Source: Octopus sinensis
Taxonomy: Eukaryota
Assembly (NCBI RefSeq): GCF_006345805.1
Contig: NC_043001.1
Coordinates: 78,244,001-78,308,000, forward strand
Reading direction: 5' to 3'
Length of the DNA stretch: 64,000 bases
The translations under genes were made by a program, and so were the position numbers. Under the pieces are notes generated by a model. It made no database searches and was not told where the DNA came from. It saw nothing but the letters and a program-made list of their open reading frames with translations. Positions 52,370-64,000 of the stretch are shown piece after piece. Within the stretch, counting starts at the first letter, position 1. The number at the start of each line of letters is the position of its first letter.

Positions 52370-54379
52370 ATATATATATATATACATACATATATAATAT
52401 ATATTATATTGATATGTGGATACACGTGTTAGTGTTTTAGCGTGTATGGTTATATCTGATTGCATAGCTGATATATTATTTTTTTAATACCGATACATAC
52501 AAAGATGGCGATAACTAGACAGACAAAAAGAGAATGATGGCTCTTTGACATTATTGAGGCATTTGTCGATGTACTTGCATGTGAGTCTCCACCCGTTCAT
52601 TCAACATTTAGAGATGTGCTTTATATTTGCTTCAGTGCATTTGATGCATCAGTGATTACAGAGTTACCGTCTGACGTTTGGCGTTTGACATCTGTTCAAT
52701 GTTCCTAATGAGACAGACTGCAGTTGTTGTCACTTTAAATTGAATACTGCATGAATGATGTGGGAACTGCACCTCTGCGCTCTCTGTGTTCCTTGCTTTC
52801 TTTTCCACTCTCTGTCTCTGTCTTTACTTCCCTTTCTCCATAAATTCAGATATGTCGTTATGTATGTGTAGCTGTACATACATGCAAACGTTAGCATGAA
52901 GTTAGTTACGTAAATATATATATATATATATATACATATGTATATAAGTGGATACATGCATACATACATACATATATGTATACATATATATATATATACT
53001 AATATTAATGTGTATTTATAGGCGTAAGTATATATACCTGCATGCATACACATACATACACATATACACACACACACAATGGTTTTAATGCGACTGAAAT
53101 ATTCCTAATATACCTTTATTAAGTGTTACAATATAACATTTGACTGACGCTTTTTTTTGTAGCCATAGTTTTAGCTTCATTATATAGCATTTGAAACAGT
53201 TAATCTGCGATCGCTCTATCCAACGACAAAACGTCTGTTCGATGTGTCTAACGAGATGATATTATGGCCTTAAATGTCAATTCTAACGTAACATGCGAGA
53301 CATCCTTGCATCGGAATGACACGAGCCTAACTTACCTGTAGCCATGGACAACTTTTCTCAATACAAATTTAAATTCTATACGAGCGCAAACTATATTCTT
53401 GTAGGACTATTGCAAAGCGTGACAGTGCTAACGATCCGATATTTGTTCTTATTATCAATTTTGATTAGTTCTTCAACAAAAAGCAATTCATTTTCAACCC
53501 CCTATTGTGAATGATTTGGAAAATTGGTTGTCCTTGATAATCTGAAGTCTCACATGATCCATTTGCTCAGGATTTTCATAAAATAAAATTGTTTCTTTTG
53601 TGTTTACATTTGCTAATTTCTTTAACTTCGCGTTAATTAGAGATAGATGAAATTGAATTATCGATTGTGTTTGTGTCGTAGCCTTCGTTCTCACTCTCCA
53701 GTACTCTGAAACTTTTGTCCCACAGCTAAGAGTATTCAAATTGTGTTGCCATTTGCAGCAAATATCGACCATGACAAAAGCAGAAAAGTGTGTTATTAAC
53801 AAAGCGATTATCATGTGACTCTTATATGATATGTATGATTCTTCACTGACGACGTCGTTCTGTGCTGGTTTTCTTCGCGAAGTGTCATCAGTCTTTCGCA
53901 TCATTTTCTTTTGAAATCAATATAGGTGGCGGCCGTAGTTTGTAAATTCTAGTACCTTAGGTTCTGACATCGAATATCTTTGGGAAAATAATTTCGAGCA
54001 ACCACATACTTCATTTCTCAACACAATGTGTACCCTCGCAGTTACACGTAGAAGATGAAAGACACACTGACTGACATTGTTACCCGACCGTCGTGTCGTG
54101 TCCCACTTTATGTTTGACTAAGGTGGAGCGAGTATTCTAGATGTTTTTGTGGAAGGAACGCATTGTACTAGTGAGGCGCTCCATTTATTATCAACATCCA
54201 CAGAATGGAAGACTGGCTCCTGATGCGCATTCATATGCTGAGGCTACGATACCTTCAGCGTTTCCTTGGGCGATAAGTATGTGTGGTCGCTGTTTGTCAG
54301 ACTCGCTCTTCCGCAGCTCGTGACTTTGACTGAGCTGTAGTCCTGGATCTAGCAAATACCGAGGCAGGGCGCATGGCAC

Positions 54380-54960
54380 CTAAAATGTCATCAGGCACTC
54401 GCACTCATCCGGGTAATGCAGTCAGTAGAATTTCCACATGCCGTGCTGTAAAAGGTGAGTGGCAGGTAAGTGCGACAACGTTCTAGACAAGACACAGGGT
54501 GGCGACAAAAACCAGCAGGCTGGTCTGTTTCGGAAGACTTAAAAGCTAGGACCTCTGGTTACTTTCCAGAAATCGCTGTCCTGGTAGTACTATCGAGAAG
54601 CAGTGCTGCTTCGAGATAAACACTACGGGCATGAAAATTCCGTCACTCGGGGTTGCCCGAGATTTGTGCTGAGCGACGTCCAGTGCCAGGGTAATGCTGG
54701 CTATTGGGTTTACGTCGAACACCCACTGTCATGTGTAGAACGCAACCGGCTGTCGGCTGAATCCATCGTGATAATCGTCCCACCGACTTACTCTGGCCAG
54801 AAAGGGCAGGCAATGTTTATTTGCTTCGTGGTCCAGATTGAAAGGGCTGAAGACAGATACTTGCCTCTTTCACCAAGCCATCAACTACTTGAAAAGGAAG
54901 GTGAAGGTAGGGAGGGATATATTTCCTTCCAGCAATTTTATTGGAAGTTAGAAGATTGTG
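54380..54960 (+). mobile_element. Probable Gypsy LTR-retrotransposon integrase relic, heavily decayed
   Basis: Locally higher GC. Across frames it reads THPG (zinc finger H), FPEI, GLPE..VLSD and PPTYSGQKGQA, resembling WPE / GLPE..VSDNG / PPYHPQSNGQAER. The match is weak and made by eye. Confidence 0.45.
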
Positions 54961-55159
54961 GCAAGGATGGTCCGACTGAACGTGCCTGCTCTAATAACGC
55001 ATCTGGACATTGAAATAAATCCATTTGGAGCTGCCACCTGCTCTAGTGGTCACTGTGAGCGTGGTTTTGAGGGTTCTCCATAAGCAACCCAAGGAAGTCT
55101 CCCTCTTCTGGGGATCTTTTCGTTGTTGAAATTTATATTGTTATCGTCTTTTAATGTTC

Positions 55160-55335
55160 GGAAAAAATGCTTAGCAGCACTTAGTCCGTCTGTACATTCT
55201 GAGTTCAAATTCGTCCAAGGTTGTCTTTGCCTTTCATCTTTACGGGGGTCAATAAAATAAGTACCTTTTGAATACTGGAGTCAGTGCGATCTATACTCCC
55301 TCACCCAACATCTGATGCCTTGTGTTTATTGTAGA
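55160..55335 (+). mobile_element. SINE family B, 5'-eroded
   Basis: TTCTGAGTTCAAATTCGTCCAAGGTTGTCTTTGCCTTTCATC...GGGGTCAATAAAATAAGTACC. Confidence 0.75.
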
Positions 55336-55744
55336 AAAGTTTATTATTTTTAACATTTGCTTCCATTCAACACAATGCTTTTCTTTTGGCTCTGAAGTTT
55401 TGGTTTTTACACGTGGTTTATAAATGGTTAAATCTTTCAGTTTAATGTGATTTTGTAATATTTGCTGAGAATGGTGTATATTATTTCTTTTTTTTATCGG
55501 TTAGGGTAAAGAGTATTTTGCTTTTTGCTTCGACTTGTTTTTATCCTATTCCCTGGCATAACATAAAAATTAAGTGACAGTACGAGAACGCGTAGCATAC
55601 ATATGTCTAATTAATGAATAAAATGCTTATGCTTAATTAAGATATGAAAAGGAATTATAAATGGGAATGTAAACATTTAATTAAGATAATGATTTACTTG
55701 GTGTTGTTTGAATGAAATTGTTTTGTTAAACATATATTTTTCCA

Positions 55745-56150
55745 TTTACGCGTGCCTTTCATATTTTATGTTTTACTTGATTCATTGGTTGGACTGCGGC
55801 CATTCAAGGGCCCTGCTTTGAAGTCGACCCAAATAGTTAAAATTTAAAAAAAATTCTCGTACTTAGTTATTCTATTGGTAAATTACAGCGACGTTAACAA
55901 GCCAACATCAGTTGTCAAGCGGTGGCATGTACGGTCAAACATAGCACAAAGACATACACACATATACTCAAGCAAACGCACACACACACACACGTCAGGC
56001 TTTCTTACAGTTTCCGTTTTCTAATTTCTCTAGCAAGATATTGGTCAGGCCGGGTCCATAGTAGGAACCACTTGCACAAGGTACTGCGCAAAAGAGCTGA
56101 ACTCCAAACAACTTGGTTGCATAGAGAGGTTCTTAATCGCATAGCCATGC
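55745..56150 (-). mobile_element. SINE family A, old diverged copy
   Basis: GACTGCGGCCATTC tail remnant; GGCTTTCTTACAGTTTCCGT...CACTTGCACAAGG core. Confidence 0.6.
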
Positions 56151-56994
56151 CTATGTGTTTACAAATATATTTTAACATGCCTCTCACTTAAATGTGTGGC
56201 ATCTAAAACTTCTACAAGCTTCTTCTTCTTTCTCTAACTTTTTTGTCCCAATGTGGAACATCTTTATAGAAAACCTATTCAACGTAAACTATATTCCATT
56301 GTATTTCTTCGAGCCGTTAAAGCTATTTCTAAATCTAGATACTGAAATAACAAAAGCTCCTTTAGCATGAAATATCTTTATAATATAACGAAATAATAGA
56401 AATATCTGTGGTACTATCCAATAAAAATATTTATCTAATATTATTGCCTGCAGCAGTTTATAAAAGTCTTTACTTAAAAGGTTTGACATTTCCAGTTTAT
56501 AAACATTATCTGTCAAATCTGCTGAGTATTAAAGATTATATTTTATATCTCAGGAGTATAGACTTATTTCTTATATTTCTTTATTTATACACCCGAGGTA
56601 GCAGGTTTAAGATGGAAAAGATTGATTATTATATATTCCATAAATAGTTTCGTCACCTTTCCGATATTTGATAGACGAATAAATACAGTAACAAGCAACT
56701 TGTTTAAGTTGATATTTTCGCTTCGTATCAAATCAACTTCGAACATGCAAACATATTAACAAATGTGCTCGGCCGTACCATCCCTTCTTTTTCTGCGTGT
56801 AAGAAAACTGGGGCTAGACTCTACAGACTGTCTTCTAAGAAGACATTAAGATATGACCCGAGAGAGATCTGGTAATGACTGCACTCGATTATTCGAGTGG
56901 CTGCTCGTTAGTTCGTTTAACCTAACTAGCTGGCTTGTGTTGCGCACCATCTGCAATAATATTGATTTCAAATGTTGGCACAAGATCAGCAATT

Positions 56995-57182
56995 TCAGGA
57001 GCTGATGTGGTACGTCGATTACATCGATCCCAGTACTCAGTGGTAGATATTTTATCGACTCTGAAGGAATGAAATACAAAAGTCGACTCCGGCGGAATTT
57101 GAACTTAAAACGTAAAGTCAGAAAAAAATGCCGCGAAGAATTTTGTTGGACGCGTTAACGATTCAACCGGTTCGCTGCCTTA
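56995..57182 (-). mobile_element. SINE family B
   Basis: GATTACATCGATCCCAGTACTCAGTGG...AAAGTCGACTCCGGCGGAATTTGAACTT. Confidence 0.8.
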
Positions 57183-57377
57183 AACGAAGTGTAATATTAT
57201 TGTAGCTTATTTTTAAGAGAGTAAAACTAATGTACCTCGAATACCACACGAAAGGCGTAAACAATCTTCAACTATATTCAATCAACCTCATTGATCTTCA
57301 GCATTATTTACATAAATGACAACCGTTATTTCATGATAACAACACTTGTAGACAGCACCACAGTATTGCTTGCCTAA

Positions 57378-57572
57378 TTTTGGCACAAGGTTAGTAATTT
57401 GGCGTCAAAACGTTAGTCGATTACATCGACCCCGGTGCTCAACTGGTTTTTAGTGTATCAACCCCGAAAAGATGAGATGTAAAGTGAACCTCGGTGGAAT
57501 GTGAACTCTGAACATAAAGACGAATGAAAAGAGGCTAAGCATTTTGCCCGGCGTCCTAGCGATTCTGCCAGC
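57378..57572 (-). mobile_element. SINE family B (tail type 1)
   Basis: AATTTTGGCACAAGG...GTCGATTACATCGACCCCGGTGCTCAACTGG...GCTAAGCATTTTGCCCGGCG. Confidence 0.82.
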
Positions 57573-58226
57573 TTCATTACTTATGTAAGATGAGTGTCAA
57601 ATTTTGACACAAAGCCAGCATTACCTATATCGTATTAGCTATGCAATATCACATAGACAGCAATGACGGTAACCGTCCCCTTCGGTTACGAATGACCATG
57701 GGATTGTACATAGAAAGTTACCCTCCGGGGCATAAATCTGTGTAAGATTGTTTATGGAAGACCAGCAGTCACCCATGCATACCGGCCTGTCCTCTCCATA
57801 CCAACGATGCTATCCAAAGGAAGGGAAAAGACCGATACAGCTTGGCCAAACACATTATAAATTGTCACCTGACCGGAGATATCAGGACACATCAGCAAGT
57901 AATTTATTTGCTGAGTTCCATAACTAAGAGACGCAATTCTTGCATAGATTCATTAATCCTGGCAATTTATGACTGATGTGACGTAACCCGGTGGAATCAA
58001 AACACTGCGTTGTCTCGATAAATCGAATGTGTTGTGAGCTAACATCGTCCGAAAAGTGAAGCTGTTCTCTGTAGAGAATCGTATTAGGAATACATATGTA
58101 TTTCAGTATAAATGGGCTACTTTCTTTTAAAATTACCCCGCCGATGCCAAGAACAAATGCTTATAAGTCACACATATTTATACTTTTCCATATATGTCAA
58201 TATGTGTTTGTATGTATGTGTGTGTA

Positions 58227-58299
<73 letters not shown>

Positions 58300-58949
58300 A
58301 GCAAAGCTGCATCGCTATCAGAATAATTGTATCTTTTCGATGGTGTTTATGGGCCCTGCATTGTTTAGCTAGGCCACCTAACATTTCCTGTTTAAGCAGA
58401 TAGTCAGACTTGTGATGACATGTTAAAATGATATGAATGCTTTGAAGTGAAATTGTTTATGTGCAGCTACTGAAATAATCTCAACACTGTCGCTATCACA
58501 TAACAAAGAGAAAACCAACATCTTAATGAAGAGAGTAAAAGAACAGCACAAATATACACTAACACAACCACGCAATAAACAGGCAAACACACAAATCCGC
58601 ACACATACGCACATATATTCTCTCTGTCACTGTATTTCCCACACAGGAATTGCGAAGACAACTACATTGCAGGTTTATGCATTTAATAAAATATAATTAA
58701 CTCAAAGAGACTCTTCAAGGGAAAATGCAAATGAAGTTAGTGTTAACATTCATAATGCGCAGAGAAGCAAATACTAACTAAAAATGGATGAAGAATATAA
58801 AGAGATGAAATATATGGCTTTGAAGAACATATTTTATTCAACAAATAACCTTATTTCATTATATGAAAGATATACAAAGTTAATGCAATGCTCTACTTTG
58901 TATAAAGTATACAAAGGTTCTGTAAAACATGTAACTTCTAAGTAGTTAT

Positions 58950-59210
58950 ATTTACTCTTTTATTTGTTTCATTTTTCTATCACTATCTTTGGCCGAACTG
59001 ATATGTTTCCGGGACGTAAGCACACAAAAACCGTATAGATATATATATGCGATGAGCTTCTCTCAAATTCCGTCAAACAAATACTCTAACAAAGTTATGG
59101 TCAGGCAAAAAGTTATTGAAGGAGACACGTGTCCAAGGTGTCATGCAGTGAACCCGGAACTGCGTTGTTTGTAAGCAACCTTCTTCACACACTATCACGC
59201 CTGCACCTAC
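58950..59210 (-). mobile_element. SINE family A, old diverged copy
   Basis: TTGGCCGAAC...GGGACGTAA...GCAGTGAACCCGGAAC...GTAAGCAACCTTCTTCACACA. Confidence 0.55.
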
Positions 59211-59344
59211 ATTGATATATATTCCAAAGTCGGCAGTAGTTATAAATATATACACACACATATATATGCGAATGGTTTTCTTAAGCAGTGTCGATTTTTA
59301 TAATTCTATGAATAATAATATTTTATAAGCTTAAAGCTTATATA

Positions 59345-59575
59345 TATTTCTTTACTGCTCACAAGGGGCTAAATATAGAGGGGACAAACAAGGACAGACA
59401 AAGGTATTAAATCGGTTACTTCGACCCCAGTGCGAAACTGTTACTTTATTTATCGACCTCGAAAGGATGAAAGGCAAAGTCGACATCGGCGGAATTTGAA
59501 CTCAAAACGTAACGACAGACGAAATACCGCTAAGAATTTCGCCCGGCGTGCCATCGTTTCTGCCAGCTCATCGCC
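59345..59575 (-). mobile_element. SINE family B, full length (tail type 2)
   Basis: Reverse complement of 40251-40481, including TATTTCTTTACTGCTCACAAGGGGCTAAA. Confidence 0.88.
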
Positions 59576-59924
59576 ATATATAAGCTTAAAGCTTATAGCG
59601 ATCACCACGCAATGACTAACGAAAATAGTCTAATAATTGGGTCCTCGACTGAAATAGTTAGGTTTTCCTGCATGCGTGGGACTCGTACCCACACATGTTT
59701 GTTTACGCGACTAAGTGTGCTACCGATTAAACCAACCTGCTTTTTTATCTGTCAGATTCCCTTTACACAAATTATTCATAGAACTAATAAAGATTTAATT
59801 TCAAGTGGGAATACAGATATACACACATACCCCATGAACGAGCGCATCCAGACATCACTAAAATATGCACACACACATACACATATGCATACATTCAAAT
59901 GTATATGTGTCTGCTTGCATATAT

Positions 59925-59971
<47 letters not shown>

Positions 59972-59995
59972 AATATATATATACACGCACACACG

Positions 59996-60030
<35 letters not shown>

Positions 60031-60834
60031 TTATATATGCTTTCAACGATTAACTGAATCGTAACGGTGCCGTCATGTTATGCAACGTATCTTGAATTTC
60101 AAGACAGAGTGGATCCCATGGCTATCCACTTCAATCATAAACACTCCTATTATTCATGCTTTGTGTGTGTGTGTGTGTGCGTGTGTGTGTGTGTGCGCGC
60201 GCGTCGACGTGGGTGTGTGTGCGTGCATTTGTGTACAAGTGTGTGAGGACGAATTCCCTCGTGTCTCAGATCTTTATCATCATCTCAATTCCCAAAACAA
60301 CAAAGAAACGCAATATTTAGTCTCGAACAGAATTTTTTAAAAAATAAATAAAATCTAACATCACAAAGAGAAAATGATCTAAGGCCAAATAGAAAGTGAT
60401 CCCTATGGCAAACAAAGAAAATTACAAAAAAAGAAGAAAAAAATCTATAAATAAGAGAACACACAAATAAACTACTAAGTAACAAACATCTGTACAAGAT
60501 ATTTTCATAGCTATTGATAATGTGTAGACATCGCTTTTACGCAGAAATAAGAATCAACAAAATACAGCAGGGTAATAGACTATGAAATGGCAAGATCATG
60601 CTGATGGTTCATGAAGAGAAATTCGTTAACATCTCACACAAACCAGTCTGGCAGTATTGGATTACACTTCTTAGTCTTGCTTGCAATTTCCACTTGTAAA
60701 GGAAATATGACGAAAACAAATAGTAAATTCGAATCTGAGCTGCACTGTTAATACCTGGAGGGCATAAAATAGATAGATAAATAGGTAAATGGATATATAA
60801 ATAGATAAAGAAATAGATCGATAGACAGATAGAT

Positions 60835-60875
<41 letters not shown>

Positions 60876-62671
60876 GAGAGAGAGAGAGAGAGTGAGAGAG
60901 AGAGAGAGAGAGTGAGAGAGAGAGAGAGAAAGATAGGGGCGTTCAGAAGTCTCATAATAAAGATGGCGGCGCTGAAAGCAATAAATGTAGATATATGCGT
61001 ACATGAACATTAGCACAAACGTATGCTTAACTCAAAATTCAAACAAACTATGTATGACCACAAATGCGTTGATAGCATTTGACGAGTTTAAGGTAACTGT
61101 AGATGTGGACATAGAGTAGAATCGTACATGTAGCTTCATGTATATACATACATACGTACGGACATATATATGTATGTATATATATATCATTATATATACA
61201 TGCATACATACACACATATATATGTACATATATACATATATATATACATACACACGTATACACATATACATATGTGTGGGCGTATGTGTTTGTACGTCAG
61301 TTTGCTTGAGTATGTAATTGCGTAAGCATTTGTATAAATACATGCATGCATGTGCGTATATATATATATATGTGTGTGTATACATTTATATATATATATA
61401 TATATATATACATATATATATGTGTATGTTTGTATATATATATATGTATGTATGTGTGTGTGTGTGTACGTATGTATGTATTATACGCATACATATACGT
61501 ATACGGGAATGCATATGCACCTATGTGCATATAGGTGTGTATTTGTTCATTTGCAAGATAATTCCACAGCAAATAATGTGTGATGTGCGATGATTTATTG
61601 ACTTTTGTGTTTTGTAGTCATGCTTTACATTTAGTTTAAATTCATAAAATGCGTTTTGCGTTCAATCCTCGATTAGCTCCTAAAAATACAAATTTATGAG
61701 AGAAATGTCGATGTGATAATGTTTAAATATTTCGAAAAAGGGCACAAAAATGCATGCACTACAATTAATGAATTTATATACGTAAATTATTTTGAAAATA
61801 AAGAAAATTAATGTCTCTTAATTAAATTTAGAATTAGTTATTTGTAGATTTAAGAATGTATGTCTATTAATTTTCACTACTATAAATGAGATATCTTAAG
61901 GTTTTCACTCCAAATTATTATCCTCTTAATAATGCTAAACAATTGTGTGCGAGAGATAAAAAAACTGATGTCTGTCACGTGTTTGAGATGGCCAACATGA
62001 TAGAAAAATATCTGACAAACTCCTAAATACATTCTGATAACAATCCTTTATCATCTTGGATTATGTATTTATCTTTCCTCATTTAATTAACGAGAATTTT
62101 CGTGAAATCTAAAATTAATGCTTATTACGACTGCAATTATATCATTATTGATTTAAAAAATAATTGATTAAAATATTTCATGTGGTAGTCGATGCAGAAC
62201 TATGATTTACACGGGTATGAGAATTCTTTGGTGGAGCCGTTTTGGCGATGCTTATATGGCGTAGCTGATTCGACACTGACGTATTGGACACCAGTAGTTT
62301 TCATGTTCTTCTTATTCTCTCACCCTCTCTCTCGCTTTCTCTCTATTTATCTCTCTTTATCTATATGCGTTCGAACATCTGACTATAAATGTATGTAATA
62401 TTTCTCTCTACTTACTTGTTTCTCATTCTCTCCTAACGTCCCTCAATCTCTCTGCGTTTATATAATTCTGTGCGGACAAGTCCGTGTGTATCTTCTGTGT
62501 CAAAAAGTACTGTCAACACATGTTCAATGTCAGGTCAGCAATACCATAGCTCTAGCATCTGTTCAGCTGCGCATAATGCTTTCATTCTGGTACACAGTGC
62601 AGCAAATATCTTTGGGAAAATTTTCCTGCACCATTTTAAATTGCCAAATAATTTAATATTTTTCCACATAT

Positions 62672-62834
62672 AGGCGCAGCAGTGGCTGTGTGGTAAGTAG
62701 CTTGTTTACCAACCACATGGTTCCGGGTTCAGTCCCGCTGCGTGGCACTTTGAGCAAGCATCTTCTACTATAGCCTCGGGCCGACCAAAGCCTTGTGAGT
62801 GGACTTGGTAGACGGAAACTGAAAGAAGCCTGTC

Positions 62835-62902
<68 letters not shown>

Positions 62903-63103
62903 CTGTTTGTCCTCCCAACATCGCTTGACAACTGATGCTGGTGCGTTCAAGTCCCCGTAACTTAGTGGTTCGGCAAAAGAGACCGATAGAATAAGTACTA
63001 GGCTTACAAAGTCCTGGGGTCGATTTGTTCGACTAAAGGCAGTGCTCCAGCATAGCCGCAGTCAAATGACTGAAACAAGTAAAAGAATAAAAGAGTAAAG
63101 AGA
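62672..63103 (+). mobile_element. SINE family A, full length
   Basis: A box TGGCTGTGTGG (62683-62693), B box GGTTCAGTCCC (62726-62736), internal (TA)n(GT)n, tail hairpin CAGTCAAATGACTG (63059-63072) and (AAAAGAGT)-type end. Confidence 0.92.
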
Positions 63104-63124
63104 GTGAATCTAAACAACTCTAAT

Positions 63125-64000
63125 AATGGTTTCAGATGTGTCAAAAGGAACAGTCAGAAATGTCTACAAAGACATCAGACATAAGTCATATATGATGAGG
63201 AAAGGTCAATTTGTCTGAAAACAACAAAGAAAGTCATTACATTAGATCAAAAAGGCTCTAAAGCAGATCTTAAACAAACTGAAAAATGTAACAGAAGAAG
63301 ATCTGATTTAGTTTTCTTCAACGAGTAGAACATCGACCAAGATCAAAAAGTTAACAGAAAAAATAACAGATAGTTATGTGCAGACCCTTCTGAAGTTCCA
63401 AGTGTTATGCATACAAATTTCCTTCAACTCAACTTGTTTTAGAGTTTTTTCAGCAATGAAAGGACGTGTGATGCCTCCTTACATCCTAACACAAGGCCTT
63501 ACAGTTAACTCAGCCGTCTACATTAAGGTCCTGGAAATAATTGTTAAGCCCTAAATAGACAGTGCATGCAATGGAAGGCCATATGTGTTTCAGTAAGACT
63601 CTGCAATTCTGCACTATCACACATGTCTCTAGTAACACAGGAACGGATGACTGAAAATTTTCATGATCACATAACATTTGGCCTTATACTTCCCCAGATG
63701 TCAATCCATTGGACTATTACATATGGAGCGTTGTTGAGAGAGAGGTCAATGAATACGCCCACAACACCAAAGATTCTTTGAAATCTGCCATTTTCAGAGT
63801 AGTGTCCAAAACGAACCAGGACCACTTGATTCGAGCATATAGATGAATTAGATCTTATATAGAAGCAGTTGTTGAAGCTGAAGGTGGCTTTATTGAATAA
63901 CATTATAGAAGAGAAGGTTTATTTTTTATCGCCATAGCATTTTTTGATAAATAAAGTTATCTGTTATTATATATGTTTTTTTATAAACATAAATCTTCCT
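63125..64000 (+). mobile_element. maT/DD37D-like Tc1/mariner transposon remnant, decayed
   Basis: DIRHKSYMMRKGQF, DQDQKVNRKNNR, RPYVFQ*DSA, SPDVNPLDYYIWSVVERE and IEAVVEAEGGFIE*. Confidence 0.82.

Noticed and set aside
53855-53897. CTGATGA followed by CTTCGCGAAG palindrome on the minus strand
   Set aside because: The GAAA register and stem I do not fit a hammerhead.
53494-53904. 136-aa minus-strand ORF in non-repetitive sequence
   Set aside because: There is no recognisable domain or transposon motif and no clear splice boundaries; it cannot be distinguished from chance without homology or expression data.
60609-60770. Minus-strand acceptor (ttttatgccctccag) with two open frames
   Set aside because: The polypyrimidine tract comes from the adjacent (TCTA)n repeat and the product is unrecognisable.
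62672-62745. tRNA-like sequences at SINE heads
   Set aside because: They have A and B boxes but no complete cloverleaf and continue into SINE bodies; they are not tRNA genes.

Overview
AT-rich, microsatellite-saturated animal genomic DNA, most likely a cephalopod (Octopus). This is inferred from three abundant tRNA-derived SINE families resembling the described octopus SINEs; no database check was possible. I could not identify any host protein-coding gene, and most ORF-track entries are translated microsatellites. The window is a transposon graveyard. It holds a near full-length R4/Dong-clade RLE non-LTR element (1858-~5798, minus) plus a 205-bp copy sitting in (TTA)n, a second R4-type fragment, a HERO-like RLE fragment, and a 5'-truncated CR1-type APE+RT LINE (9962-13065, minus). 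It also holds three mariners, a Tc1, two maT/DD37D-like remnants, a Penelope-like RT fragment, a probable Gypsy integrase relic and more than 25 SINE copies. The most interesting signals are structured RNAs hidden in repeats. (1) Several fold-back (inverted-duplicated) short elements carry minimal hammerhead-ribozyme topologies, including one with a canonical core (49036-49080) and one with a G3-C8 swap of the core C3-G8 pair (31465-31515). (2) SINE family A and the CR1 share an ungapped 3' tail whose hairpin shows three consecutive compensatory base-pair changes. (3) An imperfect HDV-like ribozyme candidate lies at ~38508-38588. All structures were folded by eye and none is tested.
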